The notes under the pieces: generated by a model | Databases searched by the model: none | What the model saw: only the letters and a program-made list of their open reading frames with translations | What the model was told of the DNA's origin: nothing | Program-made: the position numbers and the translations under genes | Assembly (NCBI GenBank): GCA_902615855.1 | Contig: CACMQN010000002.1 | Coordinates: forward strand, 66,460-130,459 | Source of the DNA: an uncultured Candidatus Actinomarina sp. | GTDB lineage: Bacteria > Actinomycetota > Acidimicrobiia > Actinomarinales > Actinomarinaceae | Length of the DNA stretch: 64,000 nucleotides | Direction of reading: 5' to 3' | Shown: positions 8,455 through 19,144 of the stretch, in pieces | How positions within the stretch are numbered: the first letter of the stretch is position 1 | Layout: each line of letters opens with the position of its first letter

Positions 8455-9879
8455 ATGAACAGCTCGTTTTTCATAACATTAATCGCCTTAGCAGTAGTTG
8501 GTGCAATTGCTTATTTTTCTGCAGTTGGTTTCCGTGGTGCAGGAAAAATCAAAAAAGTACCTAGAAATTTACAAAAATATCTTCCAGATGATGAATTAGA
8601 AACTACTCATCTTGATAAAACATTATCAATAGCAGTTGTGCTAGCTTCGTTACTTACAATTATGATTCCACTTTATTATCTCGGCGAACCAGCTAGACAA
8701 GAAAGTTTTGTAGAAGAGTTTGATGACGTTTCAGTTGAAAGAGGGCACCATCTTTACGAAGAGTTTGGGTGCGGAAACTGCCATGGAGTAGATGGAAGTG
8801 GTGGAGCTGCTTCATATGTTGAAAAAAGAAGTGGTGTAAGTGTTACATGGTCAGCCCCTGCAATAAACAATGTGTTTTATAGATATGATGATGAAGAAGT
8901 TAGGTATTGGCTAATATACGGTAGAGCAAACTCACCTATGCCAGCTTGGGGTCTAAAAGGCGGAGGCCCAATGAACGATGGACAGCTTGACGACTTGATA
9001 GAGTACTTGCATTATTTTCAAATTCCACAAAATGAAGAACTTCAACAAATTGAACAAAATATAAACTCATCTTTGCTACGAATTGAAAATTCTGATTTAC
9101 AGGTTGAAAGTGAAATTGAAAAACAAAATGACCTTATCAATGACATTAAGGCAGCTCCAGAAAGATTACCCGTAGCAATTGAAGCCGTTGAAATTGTATC
9201 TGCGATACTAGCAAGGCAGAATGGAATCGATACTGATGAAGACGGGCTTTTTGATTCAGTAGAAACAGATATATCAGCTTATAGTGAAAGTGTTGCAGAT
9301 GTTTTGGGTACTGCAATTTTAAATCTAAATCCAGATGAAGAAGAATCAACTCCAGGAAGAAAAGACGCATCAGTTGTTAGGGGATACCTTTCTGATCTTG
9401 AAACGAGTGTTATTAATTTAGGAATCCTTACTGATGGCTATGACAAATTTATGGATGAAGCTGAAAAAGGTTTAGCATTTCTTGAAAATGCCTATGAACA
9501 AAAATTATGGCTTATTGATTTCCAAAACATTGCTGATTCAACCTTTGATGGAGACTATGATAAAGCAACAAGAGCAGTAGGAATATTTAATGCATATTGT
9601 GCGAGGTGTCACACTGCTGGTTATTCTGCAGGAGCTGCATATACAAAAATCATTGGTTCTGGAGGCTTGGGGCCTGCATTAAAAGGTGGACGAGTAAATA
9701 TTCAATTTAAAGAGAGAGCCGACTTTGTTGATTTTATTATTAACGGTTCTGTCAATGGTAAAGGCTATGGAGTCAATGGAGTCGGTGGAGGAAAAATGCC
9801 AGGATTTGGTGCGGTACTTCCACAGTCAGATATAGAATTGGTTATAGATTATTTGAGAGGAATGACACCTGATGCGTGA
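8455..9879 (+). CDS. Membrane-anchored diheme cytochrome c
   Basis: CGNCH...MPAW and CARCH...MPGF; two N-terminal TM helices. Confidence 0.88.
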   Translation: MNSSFFITLIALAVVGAIAYFSAVGFRGAGKIKKVPRNLQKYLPDDELETTHLDKTLSIAVVLASLLTIMIPLYYLGEPARQESFVEEFDDVSVERGHHLYEEFGCGNCHGVDGSGGAASYVEKRSGVSVTWSAPAINNVFYRYDDEEVRYWLIYGRANSPMPAWGLKGGGPMNDGQLDDLIEYLHYFQIPQNEELQQIEQNINSSLLRIENSDLQVESEIEKQNDLINDIKAAPERLPVAIEAVEIVSAILARQNGIDTDEDGLFDSVETDISAYSESVADVLGTAILNLNPDEEESTPGRKDASVVRGYLSDLETSVINLGILTDGYDKFMDEAEKGLAFLENAYEQKLWLIDFQNIADSTFDGDYDKATRAVGIFNAYCARCHTAGYSAGAAYTKIIGSGGLGPALKGGRVNIQFKERADFVDFIINGSVNGKGYGVNGVGGGKMPGFGAVLPQSDIELVIDYLRGMTPDA

Positions 9880-10240
9880 AATAATGAGAACCCTTTTGTC
9901 ATCTAATTTGACATTTACTGGAATTTTCCTTTTTGTTTTTTTTGTTCTCTCATTTTTTGGATCAACTTTTATTTTGAACGCAACAAATTTAGGTAGAAGA
10001 CTTGGCTTCCTTGTTGTTGGAGCCGCAACTTTTGGATGGCTAGTTATTAATTCTTTTCTGTTTATACTTTATGCTCCAAGGGGTCCAGCGCCATCCTCAA
10101 TAGATGGTCTAAATGCTCTAGAAATCAGAATTATTCCAATAACTTATTTTGCTGGATCTTTAATACTTTTTATTATGTTCATGCTTGCTTTAAATAGATA
10201 CGAACAAGAAGAAAAAAACACAGAAGAAACAAATAGTTAA
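9872..10240 (+). CDS. Small 3-TM membrane protein, last gene of the operon
   Basis: Hydrophobic ORF overlapping the cytochrome c stop. Confidence 0.7.
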   Translation: MREIMRTLLSSNLTFTGIFLFVFFVLSFFGSTFILNATNLGRRLGFLVVGAATFGWLVINSFLFILYAPRGPAPSSIDGLNALEIRIIPITYFAGSLILFIMFMLALNRYEQEEKNTEETNS

Positions 10241-10281
10241 TCTCGATTAGCGTATATCCCTTTAATGAATAGAATTAAAAC

Positions 10282-11235
10282 ATGGAATTTATAATATCAA
10301 TTGTAAGAAGCGTAATATTATTCGGCCTTCTGATCTTTATTGTATTTAGAATATTCAGAATTCTAAGACCATTCGAGAAAGGATTAGTTGAAAGATTTGG
10401 TAAGTACAACCGTGAGGCTACAGCAGGACTCAATATTGTAATACCAGGGATTGAAAAATTAATCATTGTAGATATGAGGGAACAAGTTATTGACGTTCCA
10501 CCACAAGAAGTTATTACAAAAGACAACGTCACAATTACTGTTGACGCTGTGATTTACTACGAACCTACAGATCCAAAAAAACTTGTTTATAACGTTGGAG
10601 ATTTTATTACCGCGGCTACAAAATTAGCACAAACAAATTTAAGAAATGTAGTTGGTGACCTTGAATTAGATGCTGCCTTAACCTCTAGAGAGACTATCAA
10701 TACATCTTTAAAATTGATACTAGACGAAGCAACAGATAAGTGGGGTACTAGAGTTGTGCGTGTCGAAATTCAAAGAATTGATCCACCTCAAGATGTTCAA
10801 GATGCAATGAATAAAGTTATGAAAGCTGAGAGAGACAGAAGAGCAGCTGTTACAGAAGCTGAAGGTGAAAAAAGAGCTGCAATTTTGACAGCTGAGGGCG
10901 AAAGAGAATCTCAAATTCTAAGCGCTCAAGGAGAGGCCGAGGCATTGAAACAAGTTGCGGACGCAGAAAAATATGAAAGAGTAGTTAATGCAGAAGGTGA
11001 AGCTGAAGCCATCAGACAAGTATTCAATGCAATTCACGAAGGTGACCCAACTAACGACTTAATTGCTATTAAATATCTCGAATCTTTAGAAAAAGTGGCA
11101 AATGGAAAAGCAACAAAAATATTTTTACCAGCTGATTTATCAGCAACTTTGGGAAGTATTGGTGCAATCTCAGAATTATTTAAAGATGATGATGAAAGTT
11201 CAAAAGGAAAAAAAAGCACTAAAAAAGAAAAGTAA
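10282..11235 (+). CDS. SPFH/stomatin-like (QmcA-type) protein
   Basis: [43 protein letters not shown]. Confidence 0.92.
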   Translation: MEFIISIVRSVILFGLLIFIVFRIFRILRPFEKGLVERFGKYNREATAGLNIVIPGIEKLIIVDMREQVIDVPPQEVITKDNVTITVDAVIYYEPTDPKKLVYNVGDFITAATKLAQTNLRNVVGDLELDAALTSRETINTSLKLILDEATDKWGTRVVRVEIQRIDPPQDVQDAMNKVMKAERDRRAAVTEAEGEKRAAILTAEGERESQILSAQGEAEALKQVADAEKYERVVNAEGEAEAIRQVFNAIHEGDPTNDLIAIKYLESLEKVANGKATKIFLPADLSATLGSIGAISELFKDDDESSKGKKSTKKEK

Positions 11236-11237
11236 CA

Positions 11238-11513
11238 TCACTTCTCTTTAATGATTTCTGGTATTCCTTGTCTTAATACAACATTTAAATCTTTGTATTC
11301 CATAGCTATTTGATGACTAAGAATCACAAGCATTTCTAAAATATCATCTTGTTTTCCTGTATTTGATCCAAAAGTTTTTGGTGATTTCATAAATTCTTTT
11401 TTTACATTTTCAAAAATTTCAAGGGATTGGGTTTTATTAAAATTGTTATTAGATGATACACCAATTATTGATTCAAAACTTTTTCTTTGTCTACGTGGTA
11501 AGTTAAATTTCAT
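11238..11513 (-). CDS. Hypothetical protein
   Basis: 91-aa ORF filling the gap between neighbouring genes. Confidence 0.55.
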   Translation of the reverse strand: MKFNLPRRQRKSFESIIGVSSNNNFNKTQSLEIFENVKKEFMKSPKTFGSNTGKQDDILEMLVILSHQIAMEYKDLNVVLRQGIPEIIKEK

Positions 11514-11533
11514 AATTAAAGTTATTTTACTAT

Positions 11534-12049
11534 TTAAAGAATTCGTTTTTGTAGTGAAACTTCATAATCCTCACTATATTTTTTTGTATTGATTTCTTTA
11601 AATTGATATTTTGAATGAAACATAAATGATGGCTCATTCTTTACGGGAAGTAAATTTATTTCTGCAGTTAAATACTCAATGTCCGTTGTAAGACAATAAT
11701 CAATTAGGATTTCATATAAAGTTGACGCTATTCCATTGTTTCTATATTTTTCATCCACTGCAATTCGATCTACATACATAAAATTTTTTAATTGATTTCT
11801 GAACTCATTAAAATTTTTATGTTTTATTGAATACATAAATGATTTAGTTTTATATGAATCCTTGAAACAAATTAAAAACCCTAAAACTTTATTGTCTAAA
11901 ATGACACATCGATGAAAGTCAGAATTTTGTACTAGAATTTCAAACTCTTTAAAAGTTGTTGTCCCTACATTAGGAACATTGTTTTCATTTATAGTATGAC
12001 AATCACCAATATTTGAATCATTAATTGTTAAAAGCTTGATGTTATCCAT
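11534..12049 (-). CDS. GNAT-family N-acetyltransferase
   Basis: YVDRIAVDEKYRNNGIASTLY and EINLLPVKNEPSFMFH. Confidence 0.85.
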   Translation of the reverse strand: MDNIKLLTINDSNIGDCHTINENNVPNVGTTTFKEFEILVQNSDFHRCVILDNKVLGFLICFKDSYKTKSFMYSIKHKNFNEFRNQLKNFMYVDRIAVDEKYRNNGIASTLYEILIDYCLTTDIEYLTAEINLLPVKNEPSFMFHSKYQFKEINTKKYSEDYEVSLQKRIL

Positions 12050-12093
12050 CTATGAAAATATACATTTAATGTATAAAATTGTAAACTATTTAC

Positions 12094-12894
12094 ATGCAAA
12101 ATAGCGTTGTTCTAATGAGTTCTCCAGAGTACTTTAGAATTGAATACTCAATTAACCCCTGGATGGTTGAGGGTATTGAAGTAAATCTAGAACTTGCAAA
12201 AGATCAATGGAGTGGTCTTAAGTCAACTATTGAAAAGTGTGGCGCAGAAGTAAAAGTTATACCAGGAAACACTGTTTATCCAGACTTAGTATTTACGGCA
12301 AACTCCGGCATTATAAAAGACAAATCAGTTCTTATATCAAACTTTAAATTTCAAGAAAGACAAGGAGAAGAAATCATTTATGAAAATTGGTTCAAAAAAA
12401 ATGGTTATGATGTCGCTCGTATTCCTTCAGAACATAAATTTGAAGGGCGAGGGGATGCTTTTGTTTACGGTGAGTATTTAATTGGATCATACGGTGTAAG
12501 AAGTGATAAAGAGGCTTTAATTTACATAGCAGAACAATTTGAACTGAAACCAAAAATTGTAAAATTAATTGATGAAAAATTTTATCATCTTGATACTTGT
12601 TTTCAGAACCTTCCAACAAATAACAACGACGCAATTTTTTATCCGGAAGCATTTGAGGACTCTTCATTAAAAGAATTTTCTGATTTATTCAACTTAATTC
12701 CTGTGAGTGAAAACGATGCAAACAAACTTGCCTGCAACAGTGTTGTGATAAATGAATCTGTAATTTTTCCATCTGATGATATAGACATTATTGAAACGGT
12801 TGCTGATTTAGGATGCAATATTGAGATATCAGATGTTTCAGAATTTCTTAAATCTGGTGGTGCGTGTCAGTGTCTTGTAATTACATTACAATAA
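12094..12894 (+). CDS. Amidinotransferase/dimethylarginine dimethylaminohydrolase family protein
   Basis: YSINPWM, PDLVFTAN, FEGRGD, FYHLDTCF, EFLKSGGACQCL. Confidence 0.88.
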   Translation: MQNSVVLMSSPEYFRIEYSINPWMVEGIEVNLELAKDQWSGLKSTIEKCGAEVKVIPGNTVYPDLVFTANSGIIKDKSVLISNFKFQERQGEEIIYENWFKKNGYDVARIPSEHKFEGRGDAFVYGEYLIGSYGVRSDKEALIYIAEQFELKPKIVKLIDEKFYHLDTCFQNLPTNNNDAIFYPEAFEDSSLKEFSDLFNLIPVSENDANKLACNSVVINESVIFPSDDIDIIETVADLGCNIEISDVSEFLKSGGACQCLVITLQ

Positions 12895-12898
12895 ATTT

Positions 12899-13336
12899 GT
12901 GAGGATAATCAAAGCAATTCTTTGGCCAATTAGAAAAGTAATTTTTTTTCCAATTAAAATATTTTTCTACACTTTGATATTATTTCTCGTCATAGTTTTG
13001 TTTTTTCAATACAGGACAGACTATGGTGTTGATGTTAGCCCTCTTTCTGTCAACGAATATGAAAACTGCATCAATGTAATTGAAGATTATGAAGTAACAG
13101 TATCACTACTTTCTGAATACGTTGAAAAATTAGATAGTGAACAAAAATCTTTTTTAGAGAGAAATTTACCAAATCCATTAAATGTTTTGACCACTCCTCA
13201 AGAGATTTCAAATGATGATTTTAGAAATGTTAGAACTTTCTTAAAATATTATTTACAGGCTGGTAGATTTCCTGGTTTGAACGGTAAAGCTTTCTCCCCA
13301 CAAGCGGCAAGTTTATGTAGAGATGGATTGAGTTAG
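12899..13336 (+). CDS. Hypothetical membrane-anchored protein
   Basis: N-terminal TM helix followed by a soluble domain. Confidence 0.6.
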   Translation: MRIIKAILWPIRKVIFFPIKIFFYTLILFLVIVLFFQYRTDYGVDVSPLSVNEYENCINVIEDYEVTVSLLSEYVEKLDSEQKSFLERNLPNPLNVLTTPQEISNDDFRNVRTFLKYYLQAGRFPGLNGKAFSPQAASLCRDGLS

Positions 13337-13804
13337 CTTTGCAACCTCTCCATTAGTTAAATCTTTCAAATCAGAAGGCTTTAGAAAAAATTTACTTACC
13401 CTATTACCGCCACCAATAAAGACTTTATTTCTCAACATTACATTCTCATCAATATATACCTTTATTTCCTCTGGTAAGCCGAGAGGACTTATACCTCCGT
13501 AAATTTGATTAGTAATTATCTCAGCTTCTTCTCTTGAAGCAAAACTTACTTTTTTTGCACCTAATAAGCTTTTAGCTTTATGATTGACATCCAATCTGTC
13601 TGATCCTAAAACACAAAACAACCCATAAAATTCTTCTGGTTTTTTTGATTTAAGTAATATTGCATTACAAGAATCTTCAATTTTAAATCCATAATGGTCA
13701 CAAAAACTTTGTGTATCAGAAAATTCGTCTTTACATTCAAAAGCATCTAGTTTGTCTTTATTGTTTTCAAATATTTTTTCAATTGTCTTATGTATTTCAA
13801 TCAT
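13313..13804 (-). CDS. YbaK/aminoacyl-tRNA deacylase-associated domain protein
   Basis: SFASREEA..ITNQIYGGISPLGLP and VFIGGGNR. Confidence 0.85.
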   Translation of the reverse strand: MIEIHKTIEKIFENNKDKLDAFECKDEFSDTQSFCDHYGFKIEDSCNAILLKSKKPEEFYGLFCVLGSDRLDVNHKAKSLLGAKKVSFASREEAEIITNQIYGGISPLGLPEEIKVYIDENVMLRNKVFIGGGNRVSKFFLKPSDLKDLTNGEVAKLTQSIST

Positions 13805-13846
13805 AAAGACAATGATATCGTTATTAAAGTTAGTTACAATCTTTGT

Positions 13847-14776
13847 ATGAAGCTCAAGACAATTTTATTTTTAATTGTTTTTATAGCTTGTGGAGCAGGT
13901 CAAGGAGATGTTGAAGTTACCGAAAATACAACCAGTAACTCAGATGAACCAACAACAACAACTACAACTACTGAAGAAGTTAATGAAGAGAGTGAAGATT
14001 ACAGTTCTGAACATGTAATTTCAATTGGTGAAATAGTAACTGACACATCATTTAGGGATTATCAAAAATATGTTGATGTCGCGGGATTAAGAATTTTTGC
14101 TCTTCCTGAAGTCTCTGATGAATATATGTATAAAGTTGCAGAAACATATTTTCAAATGTTACAACAAGGAGAAAATATAGACAACAGCCTTAGATCAAGA
14201 TATTTAAATACTGTTAATAATGAAAAGGTTTTTCAAAGAATTGGTTTTGAAGGTCCAGAATATTATAATTTTGATTCGCCAAATCCATCTGTAGACTGCT
14301 GTCCAGGTAATGGATATGAAGATAACCACACAGATTTTATTTGGGAATATCAAGATGCAAATACAATTGGCACAGTTGGAGAAGTTGTTGAGCATTTACT
14401 ACATACAATTACAGGTGCAGGATTGCTCCTAGAGTTTCCTGAATGGAGCTGGGAAGATACAAACTCTAAAATTCATAAGGCAATGAATGAAGCAGTTGAA
14501 AAAAATATCTATGATATTTCTAGTTATGAGGAAATAAAAAATAATGGAGACATAGAGGGATATAACAGAGTTACTGTTCAAGAATTTTCTTTTTGGGTAA
14601 TAGTTACATCTTGGGGTTATGGTGATATATTTGATTTACCTCATGGTGAATTTGAAATCAGCACAATAAACGAAGTTAGATCAGAACTACCCTTAGCTTT
14701 TGAATTGTATGTTGACACTATTGAAAAAATCTTTACAATTCCTGACAAAGAATTGCTTAAATCTTTATTCTCTTAA
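13847..14776 (+). CDS. Putative lipoprotein with Thr-rich linker and metal-binding-like EHLLH motif
   Basis: MKLKTILFLIVFIA-C lipobox-like signal, poly-Thr run, EVVEHLLHTI...QEF. ATG 13847 lies 6 nt after TACAAT. Confidence 0.65.
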   Translation: MKLKTILFLIVFIACGAGQGDVEVTENTTSNSDEPTTTTTTTEEVNEESEDYSSEHVISIGEIVTDTSFRDYQKYVDVAGLRIFALPEVSDEYMYKVAETYFQMLQQGENIDNSLRSRYLNTVNNEKVFQRIGFEGPEYYNFDSPNPSVDCCPGNGYEDNHTDFIWEYQDANTIGTVGEVVEHLLHTITGAGLLLEFPEWSWEDTNSKIHKAMNEAVEKNIYDISSYEEIKNNGDIEGYNRVTVQEFSFWVIVTSWGYGDIFDLPHGEFEISTINEVRSELPLAFELYVDTIEKIFTIPDKELLKSLFS

Positions 14777-14798
14777 ATAATTATTTTATAATTGCCAA

Positions 14799-16508
14799 AT
14801 GAAAAAGTATTCAATACTGTTAATACTCTTTTTTACTTTTTGTTCTCAAACTTCAAGTAATGAAACCATAGAAGAAGTGATTACCCCGACAACGGAGTTA
14901 ATCATTGAAGAAAAAAAAGATACTCCAGAGCTTTATGTGATGTTACTTTGGCATCAGCATCAACCCTATTATCCCAAAGACACTGATGGAAATTTTTCAA
15001 AGCCATGGGTCCGACTTCACGCAACAAAAGATTATCTTGATATGGTTGAGATGGTACAAGATTTTGAAGGACTTAGGGTTACGTTTAATTTGACACCAAC
15101 ATTAATGAATCAATTAAATGAGCTCTCAAATGGATCACGAGATATCTATTGGGTTCATACAGAGGTTGAAGCTGACAAGCTTACAAATGAACAAAAAGAT
15201 TTTTTAAGAGACAGATTTTTTGATATCAACTCAAGAATCATTAATACATATCCTCGCTTTGTTGAACTCAGAAACCTTAGACAAAATCCTCAAGACTGGA
15301 CCACACAGGACTATATTGATCTTCAAGTTCTATTTAATCTTGGATGGACTGATCCAAAATATCTATCATTAGACCCATTGAATAAAATTGTAGAAAAAGG
15401 TAGTAATTTTTCTGAAGCAGATAAAAAAATAATTCTTGAAATTCACAATGAGATCATTGATAAAGTTATACCTGAACATCTTTATGCATATAAAAATAAT
15501 CACATAGAGCTGATTACGACACCTTTTGCACATCCTATTTTACCCTTAATACATAACTCAGATTTGGGAAAAAGAGGAGATACAGTATCAGATTTTCCAA
15601 ATAATACTTTTAACTTTGAAGATGATGCGAGAGCCCATGTTAAAAAGGGAAAGGATATCTTCTTTGAAAATTTTGGATTTTTTCCCAATGGCATGTGGCC
15701 AGCTGAAGGTGCAGTTGCCCAGGAAGTCCTTCAATATTTCAATGATGAAGATATTTCTTGGATAGCAACTGGACAAAACCCTTTAGAGAAATCACTAGAT
15801 GTAAAAATTCAAAGATGGGTTGGGGGAGTAGCTTCTAAGCCAGAATTATTATATAGACCCTGGAATACAGTTCTGTCTAATGGTGAAAAAATACCAATAT
15901 TTTTTAGAGATAATTATCTATCTGACAAAATGTTTGATTACTCAGAAAAAAGGTCAGACCTCTCTGTTAAAGAATTTGAAAATACGATTTTAAAATTACG
16001 TGAAAAAACTTCCGAGTTAGATTTTGTTCCAGTTGTTTCAATAATTGCTGATGGTGAAAATTTTTGGGAGAACTATCCAAATGATGGCATCGACTTTTTA
16101 AATGGAATGTATACAGTCCTTACTAAATATGATTGGTTAGAGACTATAACTCCTAGTGATTATTTAAAAATGTATGGTGACAGTCTTGATACGATCGATG
16201 AGCTTTATCCTTCATCATGGTTCCAACCAAATTTTGCAACCTGGATTGGTGAGACTGATGAAAATCAGGCTTGGGATCTTCTTTATCAAACCAGAATAGA
16301 TTTTGAAGAAGCAAAAAAATCAGGAGATTACTCTGATGAACAAATAAATCAAGCGTACGAATATATGTTGTTAGCGGAGGGATCTGACTGGTTTTGGTGG
16401 TATGGATTAGACCAAGACTCTACAGTTGATTATTATTTTGACCAAGCATTTAAAGACTTGTTAAGGATGGTCTACCTAAGTCTTGGCTTGGAAGAACCAG
16501 GTTTCTAA
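14799..16508 (+). CDS. Glycoside hydrolase family 57 (amylopullulanase-like), probably exported or lipidated
   Basis: [32 protein letters not shown] (nucleophile Glu), DGENFWE (acid/base Asp), AEGSDWFWW. Confidence 0.9.
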
Positions 16509-16753
16509 TCCTGTAATTTCTGTTTTTTTAAAGGACTTGTTCCAGTCTCAACTTTTTCTTTATATGCTTTATCAAATGCTTTACGTTGCCACCCATCCAT
16601 TCTGTTACGACTTATTTCAATAACTTTTAATTGTTCTTCATCGTTATATTTTGACCATTCTTTAATTTCTTTTGATGTTCTTGAACACCCGTAACACAAA
16701 TCAGTATCTGGATCAGTCACACAAACATTTATACAAGGAGAGGTAATAGTCAT
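16505..16753 (-). CDS. DUF1289-family small Cys-rich protein
   Basis: SPCINVC...CYGCSRT..EI..W. Confidence 0.8.
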   Translation of the reverse strand: MTITSPCINVCVTDPDTDLCYGCSRTSKEIKEWSKYNDEEQLKVIEISRNRMDGWQRKAFDKAYKEKVETGTSPLKKQKLQD

Positions 16754-16754
16754 C

Positions 16755-17795
16755 CTATTTACCTATCTTTTTAGCCAATGTATATGCCGAATCTCTTAAT
16801 GCTTTTTTTGAATTTTTCATACCTTTATTACCTAATTCAAATATATCTGTAAAGATACTCTCATCATTGTAGTCAAACTTGCCACCTAAAAAATAAGTCT
16901 GCCCAGTATGAAGCTTTAAAATCTCTCCAAGTACTTTTCCACTCATAGATGAAAAATCAAATTTTCCTTCACATAAGATCGCAATTTCAAAATCATTTAT
17001 TTTACTTGATAGTTTTGTCTCATTCAAAAAGAACTGAGGACCTGAGATTATTTCACATCCAAGTACCTCACCCAATGCAAAACTTAAACCACCAGAGGCA
17101 CCAGTTCCTTCTTTAAATGGATCTAATGAACTAGCCATTTCATTAGAAAGTAAATTCAAAATTCTCTCAACATTTTTTTCCAAAAATTTAATTTCACTAT
17201 TTGCTAACCCTTTTTGAGGTCCAAATACTTTAAAAGCATTGTTGTCACCAAGTAGTGGAATATTTGTATCGATTAAAACTTTTTTATTAACTTTTTTAAA
17301 ACTCTCATTAATTTTTATATTGTTTATTAATTTGAAATCTTTTGGCTTTGGATCTTCTATTACATCTTCATTATTTAGAAAATCAATTCCCATTTTGCTA
17401 AGTAAACCTATTCCGGCGTCATTTGTTCTAGAGCCTCCCATTGACAAAATATCTACATCCTCAATAATTTTTGCTAGGCATGATGTATTTAGATCTAAAG
17501 ATAAGTCATTATTGTTTTTGATACCTATGAGCTGAGAGGTTTCAATATATATATTTTTATTTACTTTCAAAGTCTCTACAGGCAACCATTTGCCAGAAAA
17601 ATCTTGTTTCATAGACATCTGATGTGTTACAAATCCATATTCTTTAAATATCTCTGTTGAGTTCTCACCACCATCTGTAACTGGAAAGAACGATGATTTG
17701 ATATTGTTATATTTAAATATCTTTTTTATCTCACCAATAACTTCATCGGATGTAAGTGTTCCAGAAAATTTATCAGCAAATACAGCAATTCTCAT
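16755..17795 (-). CDS. glxK: Glycerate kinase (GlxK/GarK family)
   Basis: DKFSGTL, PVTDGGE, GGSRTNDAG, FGPQKG, GASGGL, EGKFD..S..GK. Confidence 0.85.
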   Translation of the reverse strand: MRIAVFADKFSGTLTSDEVIGEIKKIFKYNNIKSSFFPVTDGGENSTEIFKEYGFVTHQMSMKQDFSGKWLPVETLKVNKNIYIETSQLIGIKNNNDLSLDLNTSCLAKIIEDVDILSMGGSRTNDAGIGLLSKMGIDFLNNEDVIEDPKPKDFKLINNIKINESFKKVNKKVLIDTNIPLLGDNNAFKVFGPQKGLANSEIKFLEKNVERILNLLSNEMASSLDPFKEGTGASGGLSFALGEVLGCEIISGPQFFLNETKLSSKINDFEIAILCEGKFDFSSMSGKVLGEILKLHTGQTYFLGGKFDYNDESIFTDIFELGNKGMKNSKKALRDSAYTLAKKIGK

Positions 17796-17843
17796 CTTTT
17801 AAGTTTATTTATATATAACTCTTAATAGGAATAAAATAAAATA

Positions 17844-18857
17844 ATGAATATTGGGTTTCTAACAGATGTTGATGGATACAGGGCTCCGATACACCCTGAA
17901 TCTTTTGAGAAATATTCTATGGATCTGCATTTAGAAAAAAATATATTTGATTACCTTAATTATCCAGATTCTCAACAAGAAAATGTAAAGACTATTTCTA
18001 AATTAAGTGATTTAGATGTTATCGCCTGTGTAGAAAATATTGAAAATAAAACAATAAAGGATTTAAAAGAAGGAGCAGTCCTTATTGGCATATTTGATTT
18101 CAAAAAGATCGAAGAAATTAAAAAATTAAGACCTGATATCAAGATATTAAGCTTCTTTAAACTTCCTAGGATTTCAAGAGCTCAAAATTTAGATGCTCTT
18201 TCTTCTCAAGCTAACTTGCTTGGATACGCATCAGTTTTAAGAGCTGCAAAAGAGACATCTGATGTAGTACCAATGATGACAACCGCTGCAGGAAATATTC
18301 AACCTTCCAAGGTCCTGATTTTAGGAGTTGGGGTTGCAGGCCTTCAAGCAATTGCAACTGCAAAAAGACTTGGTGCTAGAGTTTGGGCTTTCGATATTAG
18401 AAAAGAAGCGAAGGATCAAGTGGAATCTCTGGGTGCTAAATTTGTAGAAGCCAGCACTGAAGCACAAGACAGTGTTTATGCGCAAGAGGTCTCTGAAGAA
18501 GAAAATCAGAAAATTCAAGAAGCATTAAAGAAACAAGTAATTGATAGTGATATTGTTTTAACATTTGCTCAAATACCAGGAAAAAAAGCACCTGTCTTAA
18601 TCGAAAAGTCAACTATTGAAAAGATGAAAAAAAATTCTGTGATTATCGATCTAGCAGCCGGTACTGGTGGAAACTGTGAAGGTACTGTGGTGAATAAAGT
18701 TGTTGAATTAAATGGTGTAAAAATAGTTGGTGAAACAGACATTCTAAATTCCGTAAAACATGCAGCAACAAAGCTTTACTCGGAGAATGTTAGAAATTTA
18801 ATCGAACTATACATAGAGAACAGTGATGATGAGATTTTTACAGAGATGAGTTCATAA
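17844..18857 (+). CDS. pntA: NAD(P) transhydrogenase alpha subunit part 1 (domain I)
   Basis: PRISRAQNLDALSSQ, MMTTAAG, GVGVAGLQAIATAKRLGA, DLAAGTGGNC. Confidence 0.92.
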   Translation: MNIGFLTDVDGYRAPIHPESFEKYSMDLHLEKNIFDYLNYPDSQQENVKTISKLSDLDVIACVENIENKTIKDLKEGAVLIGIFDFKKIEEIKKLRPDIKILSFFKLPRISRAQNLDALSSQANLLGYASVLRAAKETSDVVPMMTTAAGNIQPSKVLILGVGVAGLQAIATAKRLGARVWAFDIRKEAKDQVESLGAKFVEASTEAQDSVYAQEVSEEENQKIQEALKKQVIDSDIVLTFAQIPGKKAPVLIEKSTIEKMKKNSVIIDLAAGTGGNCEGTVVNKVVELNGVKIVGETDILNSVKHAATKLYSENVRNLIELYIENSDDEIFTEMSS

Positions 18858-19144
18858 TGGAAGCAACTTTCTTACTTACATTGTTAATAACTTTTCTAGC
18901 AAGCTTTATTGGATACGAACTCATATCTAAAATTCCTCAGACACTACACACACCACTTATGTCTGGTTCAAATGCTATTTCTGGAATTACATTAATTGCA
19001 GCAATTCTGATATACCCAGAAGTAAGAGAATCACAAATACTTCAAATTATCGTTTTAATTGCAATATCATTTGCAACCCTCAATATTGTTGGAGGGTTTT
19101 CAGTAACTGGCCGAATACTAGAAATGTTTAAGAAAAATGATTGA
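18857..19144 (+). CDS. NAD(P) transhydrogenase alpha subunit part 2 (membrane)
   Basis: LHTPLMSGSNAISG and NIVGGFSVTGRILEMF. Confidence 0.92.
   Translation: MEATFLLTLLITFLASFIGYELISKIPQTLHTPLMSGSNAISGITLIAAILIYPEVRESQILQIIVLIAISFATLNIVGGFSVTGRILEMFKKND

Noticed and set aside
13949-13972. ACA/ACT run as a contingency microsatellite
   Set aside because: In-frame poly-Thr linker with mixed codons; cannot cause phase variation.
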